In this document: in pieces, positions 42,661 through 50,419 of the stretch
Layout of the letters: every line of letters starts with the position of its first letter
How positions within the stretch are numbered: position 1 is the stretch's first letter
The notes under the pieces: generated by a model
What the model saw: the letters and a program-made list of their open reading frames with translations, nothing else
What the model was told of the DNA's origin: nothing
Database searches by the model: none
From: a virus
Reading direction: 5' to 3' (one strand)
DNA: 64,000 bases
Virus record (IMG/VR): IMGVR_UViG_3300045988_144737
Position numbers and translations under genes: made by a program

Positions 42661-43699
42661 GGATTTTGACGGTGATTTATTGTTCGTTTTAGACGAACCA
42701 ACCATGATTAAAGGGGTTGATATGTCGATTCCAGTAACTATGGATATTCAAGATAAAATAACTGTAGAACCAGATTATTATAATATTGATAGCATCGAAA
42801 AATTAATAATTAATAATTCTAGTAATAGAATTGGAGAATATTCTAACTACAGCAGTTGCTATCATAACAAGATGAAAAAAACAGAAAAAACAAAAAAAAT
42901 ACATGATGATTATATCTCTACGCTAAGTATTTTTGTTGGCAAAGAAGTTGATGCGTCAAAAACTGGGATAAGATTTAATTTACCAAAAGCAATTGCCAAG
43001 TATGCAAGACCAATTCCATACTTTATGAAGTATCGTAGTCCATATTATGCCACCTTAAGAGATTTTAATAAATACCGAAGTAATATGAACGCAATGTGTT
43101 TTAAAATAGAGAATTGGGAAAGAAAAATAAAATACACAAGAACTTATGATAACTTTGATTATACTATTATGATAGATGAAGGTGTTGAGGATAATCAAGA
43201 TGTTATGGGTAAAATAGAAAAGATTTATTTAGAATTTGTTAACTTATCGCAAGATTTAATTATTGAACAACGTAATTTAAATACTTATGGAGACAATAGA
43301 ATAAAACAAGTAAAGGATAAAAATAATTTAACTATTAAAGAAGCCAAGGATTTGAATAGATATGAAAAAGCAAAAGAGTATATCCAAGATAATTATTTAA
43401 GTGTTAATAAAAGGTTTGCAAAAGAGTATCAAGTTGATTGGGCTTATTATTATGAGGATTATAAAGACAAGTTGTTAAAAATTACAAGCAACAAAAAATT
43501 GATTGTAAATTGTATTGTTAAATTATGTTATGAGAAATATCCAAAAAAAAGCAAAAAGATTTTATGGGCGGTGGTTGGAGATTGGTTACCTAATAACATA
43601 GAAGCAGTCACTCATAATATACCATATCGAGATGATAATGGTGATATTGAGATATTAGGAGAAAGATATTCATTAAAAGAAATTAAAAGCGAGGTGTAA
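42661..43699 (+). CDS. RdRP-fold (YonO/QDE-1-like) RNA polymerase, exon 2 (starts at the catalytic DFDGD)
   Basis: (M)DFDGDLLFVLDEP corresponds to DLDGD.YFV.WD of RdRPs and NADFDGD of multisubunit RNAPs. There is no SD before the tracked Met. Confidence 0.8.
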
Positions 43700-43702
43700 G
43701 TT

Positions 43703-44332
43703 GTGACAAATGAAAGACTAAAAGTTAACGATATATTAAATGGAGTTGACTTGAACGCTTATCATATGAGATATTATTGTACTTTACTCGTTAGGCATTA
43801 TTATGGTTTGGGGATTAATGATGAGGTTGAAATTAGAAAGTTGATTTTTACTTGGGCTAACAAATATGGATTATATATAAAGCTAAGTGTCAAACATTTG
43901 ATTAGAGATGTTCTTGAAAAATATGTATCTATTGATAGTCATGATGGGGTGGTTAATATATCTAAGGATGATATAGAATATATTAAAACACAAAGCACTA
44001 AAAAATCAACAAGAAAATTAGCCTTATTAATATTATGTTATGCTAAAGCATTTGCAAATAATGATGGTGATTTTGATGTTAATATTAGAATACTCTCTGA
44101 ATGGGGAGGGTTAAATGTTAATAATGTTTATAATAGACAACTAAAAGAATTATTAGAGGTTGGTTATGTTGAAGATTTAGAAGAAATTCAAAAGTGGAAA
44201 GACTATATTCAAAAGTATACTAGAAAACTAAGAATAAACTATAAATTAGATAACAATAATCCCGACTATATATTAAGAGACAATAATTTTATGAAATTCT
44301 ATGGAGAAATTGATTGGGGAAAAAGAAAATAA
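43703..44332 (+). CDS. hypothetical protein (209 aa, GTG start) directly coupled to the RNAP gene
   Basis: GAGGTG precedes a GTG start 3 nt after the RNAP stop; no family recognised. Confidence 0.55.
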   Translation: MTNERLKVNDILNGVDLNAYHMRYYCTLLVRHYYGLGINDEVEIRKLIFTWANKYGLYIKLSVKHLIRDVLEKYVSIDSHDGVVNISKDDIEYIKTQSTKKSTRKLALLILCYAKAFANNDGDFDVNIRILSEWGGLNVNNVYNRQLKELLEVGYVEDLEEIQKWKDYIQKYTRKLRINYKLDNNNPDYILRDNNFMKFYGEIDWGKRK

Positions 44333-44493
44333 TTTCAATATACTTGATGAGCATATTTTTGCTCGTTGAGTATATTATGAATATACTATAATAAACACTC
44401 ATTTTTGGAATTTATGGCTTAGGCGATAACGCTTGCCATTTTAGTAGTGAAATGAATCACCAAAGAGAAAATATACATATAAGGTGATGAATA

Positions 44494-44550
44494 ATGGAAG
44501 TAACTCATGGGCGTGGATATGTATATTTAATGCAATGCTATATTGTTTGA
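44494..44550 (+). pseudogene. vestigial IS200/IS605 Y1 transposase tnpA (18 codons)
   Basis: MEVTHGRGYVYLMQCYIV* resembles the N-terminus of Y1 TnpA (..HGR..VY.L.YH(I/L)V..KYR) and is truncated before the HUH motif. AAGGTGA SD upstream. Confidence 0.5.
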
Positions 44551-44574
44551 TGTGTGAAAAGCGAGGTAAAATCA

Positions 44575-45678
44575 ATGGAGAAAGCTTATAAATATAGGAT
44601 TTATCCAAATAAAAAGCAAAAAGAAATAATTGCTAAAACATTTGGTTCATGTAGATTTGTTTACAATAAATATTTAGCAAAACGCATTGAAATGTATGAA
44701 AATAATAAAGAAACATTTTCATATGTGCAATGTGCCAATGATATGAAACAACTTAAATCAAAATTAGAATGGTTGAAAGAAGTTGATTCCACTGCTCTCC
44801 AATCTTCTCTCAAAGACTTGGATATGGCTTATCAAAAGTTCTTCAAAGAACACTTTGGTTATCCTAAATTCAAATCTAAGAAAACACATAGATTTTCATA
44901 TAAATCAAAATGTGTAAATAAAAATATTCAGTATTGCGGAAAACATATTAAACTTCCAAAGTTAGGAATGGTAAAAACGAAAAACAAGTTGATACCACAA
45001 GGAAGAATACTCAATGCCACCGTTTCACAAGAACCGAGTGGAAAATATTATGTGTCTATTTGTTGTATTGATGTTGATATTACTACATTAGAAAATACAA
45101 ATAATTACATTGGATTAGATTTGGGAATTAAAGAATTTTGCATCACAAGCGATGGAGAAATGATAGAAAATCCTAAGTATCTCAAGAAGTCATTAGATAA
45201 ACTTGCAAAATTACAAAGAGAATTATCTCGAAAATCAAAAGGTAGTTCAAATCGTAATAAAGCAAGAATTAAGGTGGCAAGATTACAAGAGCATATTACT
45301 AATCAAAGAAAGGATTTTCTACATAAGTTGTCTACAAAAATAATTAGAAACAATGATATCGTGTGCATAGAAGACCTTCAAGTAAAGAATATGATTAAAA
45401 ATCATAAACTTGCTCGTAGTATTGCGGACGCATCATGGTCAGAATTTGTTAGACAATTGGAATATAAAGCAAATTGGTGTAATAGAAAAGTTATTAAAGT
45501 AGATAAATTCTTTGCAAGTTCTCAAACTTGTAATGTATGTGGATATGTAAATAAGGGAACTAAAAATCTTAGTGTCAGAGAATGGGATTGTCCTTGTTGT
45601 CATACTCACCATGATAGAGATATAAATGCTGCTATCAATATTTTTAATGAAGGATTAAGAATGTCGCAAGTAGCATAG
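44575..45678 (+). CDS. tnpB: TnpB RNA-guided endonuclease (IS200/IS605 OrfB)
   Basis: YKYRIYPN N-terminus; RuvC triad GLDLGIKE / VCIEDLQ / DRDINAAIN; Zn ribbon CNVCGY...CPCCH; GAGGT 8 nt before the ATG at 44575. Confidence 0.9.
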   Translation: MEKAYKYRIYPNKKQKEIIAKTFGSCRFVYNKYLAKRIEMYENNKETFSYVQCANDMKQLKSKLEWLKEVDSTALQSSLKDLDMAYQKFFKEHFGYPKFKSKKTHRFSYKSKCVNKNIQYCGKHIKLPKLGMVKTKNKLIPQGRILNATVSQEPSGKYYVSICCIDVDITTLENTNNYIGLDLGIKEFCITSDGEMIENPKYLKKSLDKLAKLQRELSRKSKGSSNRNKARIKVARLQEHITNQRKDFLHKLSTKIIRNNDIVCIEDLQVKNMIKNHKLARSIADASWSEFVRQLEYKANWCNRKVIKVDKFFASSQTCNVCGYVNKGTKNLSVREWDCPCCHTHHDRDINAAINIFNEGLRMSQVA

Positions 45679-45784
45679 TAACCATAAAGCTAGGGTTGGA
45701 ATAATCCGAAGTTACGCCTGTGGAGATAGAGGTTACGAAGTCTGTGAAACAGGAATCTTGTGGCTTTAGCCATAAGAGGTTCAA
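45679..45784 (+). ncRNA. putative omega-RNA (reRNA) scaffold of TnpB-2
   Basis: The tail carries GTTACGCCTGTGGAG and GTGAAACAGGAAT-hairpin(CTTGTGGC/GCCATAAG)-AGGTTCAA, the stem plus GGTT-type 3' end typical of TnpB right ends. The scaffold probably begins inside the tnpB 3' end. Confidence 0.55.
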
Positions 45785-45833
45785 GCATTTTCCAAAATAT
45801 TTTGTCAATTTGTTTGTAGAAAGGAAGGGTTGT

Positions 45834-46142
45834 ATGAAACTAAACAAAGAAGATTTTGCAAGAAGATTAGCCGAAAATCTAAACACCACAATAGGAGATA
45901 GCAAATGGATTACTGATGTATTTTTAGAAACCATTGTAGAAGCCATGGAGCAAGGGAATACTATTATGTTCTCTGGTTTTGGTAAATTTTATACAGTAGA
46001 CAAATCTCCACGCAGAGGGTTAGACTTGAATAAGAATGAAGTTATTGTGCCTGGATTTAAGGCGATGTTATTTAAACAAGGCGGTAATTTAAAAGAAAGG
46101 CTAACTAACTCAATGGGTGAATTACATGAAGAAGATGAGTAA
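45834..46142 (+). CDS. HU/IHF-family DNA-binding protein
   Basis: FSGFGKFYTVDKSPRRGLDLNKNEVIVPGFKAMLFKQG matches the HU beta-arm signature (GFG.F....R.AR.G.NP.T.E.I.I.A...V.FK.G). GAAAGGAAGGG precedes the ATG at 45834. Confidence 0.8.
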   Translation: MKLNKEDFARRLAENLNTTIGDSKWITDVFLETIVEAMEQGNTIMFSGFGKFYTVDKSPRRGLDLNKNEVIVPGFKAMLFKQGGNLKERLTNSMGELHEEDE

Positions 46143-47340
46143 AAATTATTTTCAAGGGAAAAATGAAAGTCGCTTTGACTATATTAAAAGAATGGTTCAA
46201 ATGAGAAAAGATGGATTATTCAAAGGAAGTCATGCTGATTGGATAGAGATAGTATTTAATATAAGACATAGTGAAGATGTCGCACGTAGAGAATATTATG
46301 GTTGTAAAATGATGGTTAATGACTTGGAAGAAGAAATTGTTGAATCGTCTCCAAATGAAATTCAAGAAGCTATTATGCGTTCTAGTATTAGGCTCGAAAA
46401 AGAAAGAATTAAAATTAACGACGAGAAAAGATTGTTAAGAAGAATTAAGGTACAAGATGCTCGATATGAGCAAGCGTTTGATTTTGCGAGAGAATATGCT
46501 TTGATAATGAAAGATTCAAAGCCTTTTTTGACTTCTAATAATTTTAATTATAAAAAAAATATAAATGGTATGTATAAAGGCATTTTGTGTCTATCTGATT
46601 GGCATTATGGTATTGAGATTGATAATCATATAAATAAATTCAATCCTCAAATTGCCAAAAAAAGAGTATCAAAAATATATGAGTCAGTTGTAAAAGATAT
46701 TGATTTGTTTAAATTGGATGAATTAGTTATTGTAAATCTTAATGATTTGTGCAGTGGGATTATTCATCCTACTATTAGACTAGAAAATGTAAAAGATGTT
46801 ATGGAGCAAGTTATGGAAGTATCTGAAATGATAGCTGAGTTGATTTATAACATTAGTCAAACAGGGATTAATATTAGATACTATTCTACGTTGGATAACC
46901 ATTCTAGGGTAATGCCAAATAAAAAAGAGTCTTTGGATGGCGAAAACTTTACAAGATTAATTGATTGGCATTTAAAGAACAGGTTTGAAGATGTTGATAA
47001 TGTTGAAATTTTGGATAATGAATTAGACGATGAGTATGCGACTTTTAAAGTTTATAATCATAATATCATTGCTAGTCATGGGCATAATGATAATCCTAAA
47101 AACTCGGTAAATACTTTATCAAGTTTAATTCATAGAGATTTTGATTTACATATATTAGGTCATAGACATTCTCCAGCATTGAGTGAAAGTAACGAAAGAA
47201 GAACTATTGAAAATGGAACTTTAAGCGGAACAGACGCTCATGCTAAGAAATTTAGATTTTCTTCAACGCCAAGTCAAAACCTAATAATTGTATCAAAAGA
47301 AAATGTAAGTGAATATCTTAGAATTATTAATTTAAAGTAA
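46117..47340 (+). CDS. calcineurin-like metallophosphoesterase
   Basis: LSDWHYG (D.H), NLNDLCSG (GD/ND-like), ASHGH and LGHRH motifs in canonical order. Confidence 0.6.
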   Translation: MNYMKKMSKNYFQGKNESRFDYIKRMVQMRKDGLFKGSHADWIEIVFNIRHSEDVARREYYGCKMMVNDLEEEIVESSPNEIQEAIMRSSIRLEKERIKINDEKRLLRRIKVQDARYEQAFDFAREYALIMKDSKPFLTSNNFNYKKNINGMYKGILCLSDWHYGIEIDNHINKFNPQIAKKRVSKIYESVVKDIDLFKLDELVIVNLNDLCSGIIHPTIRLENVKDVMEQVMEVSEMIAELIYNISQTGINIRYYSTLDNHSRVMPNKKESLDGENFTRLIDWHLKNRFEDVDNVEILDNELDDEYATFKVYNHNIIASHGHNDNPKNSVNTLSSLIHRDFDLHILGHRHSPALSESNERRTIENGTLSGTDAHAKKFRFSSTPSQNLIIVSKENVSEYLRIINLK

Positions 47341-47394
47341 AAAGTGCGAAATTCTCTCTTCTATAAGTAGAGAATGGCTTAATATGTTAGTAAT

Positions 47395-47528
47395 TATGGC
47401 TTTACGCCCTTGGCGATTGTTCATTTATTAGGGTGGTGAACCCGAGTATATTGAGGAGGGTCGCTCCTTCCTTTATTTTGCACGTGCATGAAACAATCGC
47501 AGACCGTGTGTGGCGGTCTATTGTTAAT
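47395..47528 (+). ncRNA. structured RNA candidate: orphan omega-RNA-like scaffold or riboswitch-like leader upstream of the lysis genes
   Basis: GC-enriched island. TATGGCTTTACGCCCTTGG shares 13 identical nt with the TnpB-1 tail. Contains ATGAAACAATCGC-hairpin(AGACCG/CGGTCT)-ATTGTTAA and a 9-bp long-range helix GCGATTGTT/AACAATCGC. Confidence 0.45.
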
Positions 47529-47619
47529 AAATATACCACACATTAGTATAGTTTTATACCAAATTTAATTGTTTGGTGTAAATTTACAATTTCCATAAAG
47601 ATTATAAGGAGGATAAAAT

Positions 47620-47904
47620 ATGGATACAAGTATTATTTTAGAAATGATTAACCCTTATGTGTTCTTAGGTTGTGTAATGTTAGGATTTTTAATTAAACTA
47701 TGGGTTGGATTAGATTGGGTAAATAACAAATTAATTCCTACTATCTTAGCTGTAGTTGGTTGTGTCTCTTATTATTGTATTTACACTTCGATTGAAAAAG
47801 CAGTGATTGGTGCTTTTGTTGGAGTTATGGCTACTGGTGGATTTGAATTAGTGAGAAATTTAATTACATTAGTTAGTGAAAAAGTAGATTCTAAAGAAAT
47901 TTAA
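47620..47904 (+). CDS. holin-like membrane protein (94 aa)
   Basis: SD AAGGAGGA upstream; three hydrophobic segments and a charged C-terminus; immediately upstream of the endolysin. Confidence 0.7.
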   Translation: MDTSIILEMINPYVFLGCVMLGFLIKLWVGLDWVNNKLIPTILAVVGCVSYYCIYTSIEKAVIGAFVGVMATGGFELVRNLITLVSEKVDSKEI

Positions 47905-47969
47905 AAAATAACTAGTAGAAAGTAAACTCTTTCTGCTAATACATAAAAAGAAAGGTGGTAGTGAATAAT

Positions 47970-48944
47970 ATGAATATTGGAATAAATGCAGGTCATACTA
48001 AAACGAGTCCTGGAAGTGGGGCAAACGGTATTATTAATGAAAGTAACGAAACTAGAGCAGTGTCTGCTCCTTTAATGGAAATGTTAAGAACAGCTGGTCA
48101 TAACGTAGTAAATTGTACTATTGATAAAGCACCTAGTCAAAGTTCTTGTTTGAGTCAAATTGTTAATATGGCAAACAGAGATGATTTGGATTATTTTATC
48201 TCAATCCATTTTAATGCAGGCGGTGGTCGAGGAGTAGAAGTATATACTTATAACGGTAGACAATTTGCCGATGCTCTAGAGGTTTGCCAAAATATTTCAA
48301 ATCTAGGATTTAAAAATCGTGGTGTAAAAGCTGGGAACGGTTTATATGTAATCAAAAAAACAAAAGCAAAATCTATGTTAATTGAAGTGTGCTTCGTTGA
48401 TACAGAAGATGCTAATTATTATAAATCAATTGGGGCAACGGAAATCGCTCGAGCTATTTTTAACGCCATTGTGGATGTTAATAATGGTGGCGGTAGTCAA
48501 GCTACCCAAAATACTCAAACTAAGCCACAAGCAAGCGGAAATGACTTAATTAGAGCAGGACAACAACATTCTATTAACTTTACAGGGCATATCATTAGTG
48601 TTGATGGAATTAAAGGTGGCGACACTTTAAGAAATGTTAGACGTTGTGTGCAACATGCTATTAATTTAGATTATGGAAAGCACCTTGACCCAGATGGTTA
48701 TTTTCAAACAAAGTCAAAAGATGCTTTTGGTAAACACTATGTTAAACGAGGAGAAAAACAATACATGGTTACAGCTTTAGAAATTGCTTTAATGTGCCAT
48801 GGGTATAATCCTAACGGTGTAGAGTGCCCAGGTCAATTTGGAAAAGGATTAGAAGCGTGTGTAAAACAATATCAACGTGACCATGGATTAAATCCTGATG
48901 GGGTAGCTGGAAGAAAAACTTTCTTTAGTTTAATGGGTATCTAA
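47970..48944 (+). CDS. endolysin: N-acetylmuramoyl-L-alanine amidase (Amidase_3-like) + PG_binding_1 repeats
   Basis: GINAGHT...SIHFNAGGGRGVEVY...EVCFVD (amidase_3 pattern); C-terminal YQRDHGLNPDGVAGRKTF (PG-binding). AAAGGTGG precedes the ATG at 47970. Confidence 0.85.
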   Translation: MNIGINAGHTKTSPGSGANGIINESNETRAVSAPLMEMLRTAGHNVVNCTIDKAPSQSSCLSQIVNMANRDDLDYFISIHFNAGGGRGVEVYTYNGRQFADALEVCQNISNLGFKNRGVKAGNGLYVIKKTKAKSMLIEVCFVDTEDANYYKSIGATEIARAIFNAIVDVNNGGGSQATQNTQTKPQASGNDLIRAGQQHSINFTGHIISVDGIKGGDTLRNVRRCVQHAINLDYGKHLDPDGYFQTKSKDAFGKHYVKRGEKQYMVTALEIALMCHGYNPNGVECPGQFGKGLEACVKQYQRDHGLNPDGVAGRKTFFSLMGI

Positions 48945-48946
48945 CA

Positions 48947-49192
48947 ATGTTAAAAAAAGAAATAGAAGTGAAAATATTGACATTTCTAGCATTATTATCT
49001 TTGTTACTTGGCATAAACTATACCAAGGTTAAACATGATAATGATGTTTTAAAACAAGAATTACAACAATCTCAAGAGGGCTTAAATAAAGCTAAGAGAG
49101 ATGTTGAATATTATTCTAATCAATATAATAAATATAGAGAACTATCTATTGAGTTGGAAAACCAAATTGGTGTGTATAGTTATGAACCATAA
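48947..49192 (+). CDS. membrane-anchored coiled-coil protein (81 aa), possible lysis accessory
   Basis: N-terminal TM ILTFLALLSLLLGI followed by a coiled coil; abuts the endolysin stop. Confidence 0.45.
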   Translation: MLKKEIEVKILTFLALLSLLLGINYTKVKHDNDVLKQELQQSQEGLNKAKRDVEYYSNQYNKYRELSIELENQIGVYSYEP

Positions 49193-49472
49193 TAAAGTAT
49201 GTTTAGCCGAAAATAATGTCGACATATTTGGGAAAAATGTAAATCCATATTGCGAATATTATTTAATTTGCAAAAGCAACACTCATAGTGTAGTTTCTAA
49301 TGGAGTGCAAGACTTCATTTTAAGTAATAAGTTTATTATCTCCAAGGACTTGTTTTGTAAAATTAGTCCTTTTTAATATCACTTCCCTTTTAATTATATG
49401 AGGAGTTTTTCCATTCTCCTCATAATACATAAAAATTGTAAGAATGTTTTTGGTGAAAGGAGGTCATTTTCA

Positions 49473-50417
49473 ATGGCTGTTAGTTCAAAAAAGAAATTAA
49501 TTAATACAAAGCCACAAAAGGAAAAATGGCGTTGTTTTCATTGCAAAGAAGAATTGGACGAGTCTAAATTTTATAAATCTCGTTCTAACGCTTTTTACAT
49601 TATGCCAATTTGTAAGGAATGTACTAAAAAAATGTATATCCAAATGGTAAAAGAGTATGATAGCGTTCATAGAGCAATATTTAGATTGTGCGGTTTATTG
49701 GATGTTTATTATGATAAGAATTTAGTTGATTCGATTATCGATAAAGCGGTAGAAAAAGAGTGGGGAGAAGAACAAATCTTACCAGAATATATTAGATTTG
49801 TCAATAGTGCAACCCAATATCGTGGATTAAACTTTTATAATAGTGACGAAAATAGGGGTTCAGTCGAAGATGTTCCTTTGGTGACTGTTGAAAAAGAGAA
49901 TATGGAAGTTTGGGGCGGAGGTTATTCCGCCGAAGATTATAAAAGATTAAATCAATTGTATAAAAAATGGTCTGATGGTGTTCCATTAGATGATGTTATA
50001 AGTATATCATATATTAGAGATTTGTGCAGAGTGGAATTAAGTATTGAAAAATCTGTAATATCAAATGGTAAACCAACCGAATCGTTATTAAAACAAAAGT
50101 CATCAATTATTAAAGATATGGGCTTAGACCCTGCAACTCTAAAGAAAAACAAAGAGGCAAGCGAGGGAAATAAGACATTTGGAAAATGGATTGATGATAT
50201 TGAACAAAATATGCCTGCTGAGTTTTTCTCAGATAGAAATCTTTATAAAGACCATCAAGGTTTTGAAAAATACTTTAATTTACACATTGTTCGCCCTATA
50301 AAGAATTTATTATTGGGTCATAGAGATTTTCCACACATTAACTACAATGAAGATGAAATTGATGGTAGTTTTGAGAATGATATGGAGATATCTTATGACA
50401 AATTCGAAGGTGAATAA
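49473..50417 (+). CDS. putative terminase small subunit (Zn-finger N-terminus)
   Basis: GAAAGGAGG precedes the ATG at 49473; CFHC...CKEC cluster. Assigned by position immediately upstream of the large terminase. Confidence 0.45.
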   Translation: MAVSSKKKLINTKPQKEKWRCFHCKEELDESKFYKSRSNAFYIMPICKECTKKMYIQMVKEYDSVHRAIFRLCGLLDVYYDKNLVDSIIDKAVEKEWGEEQILPEYIRFVNSATQYRGLNFYNSDENRGSVEDVPLVTVEKENMEVWGGGYSAEDYKRLNQLYKKWSDGVPLDDVISISYIRDLCRVELSIEKSVISNGKPTESLLKQKSSIIKDMGLDPATLKKNKEASEGNKTFGKWIDDIEQNMPAEFFSDRNLYKDHQGFEKYFNLHIVRPIKNLLLGHRDFPHINYNEDEIDGSFENDMEISYDKFEGE

Positions 50418-50419
50418 AT

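Noticed and set aside
42292-42705. 137-aa minus-strand ORF spanning the HNH gene 3' end, the intron 3' core and the exon 2 start
   Set aside because: It is antisense to a motif-rich HNH ORF and to conserved intron RNA, and it crosses a splice junction. No SD.
45644-45946. 100-aa minus-strand ORF over the TnpB-2 tail and HU gene start, and the long version (from 45720) of the HU ORF
   Set aside because: The minus ORF is antisense to the omega-RNA and HU. The HU family sequence begins at MKLNKEDFA (45834) with a good SD, and the upstream 38 codons overlie the omega-RNA scaffold.
49101-49376. 91-aa ORF overlapping the end of 48947-49192
   Set aside because: The first third overlaps the preceding gene in another frame. 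An internal ATG (49182) version of 64 aa has only a weak GGTGTG SD and no recognisable features. It is not reported as a gene, though a small lysis-associated protein cannot be excluded.
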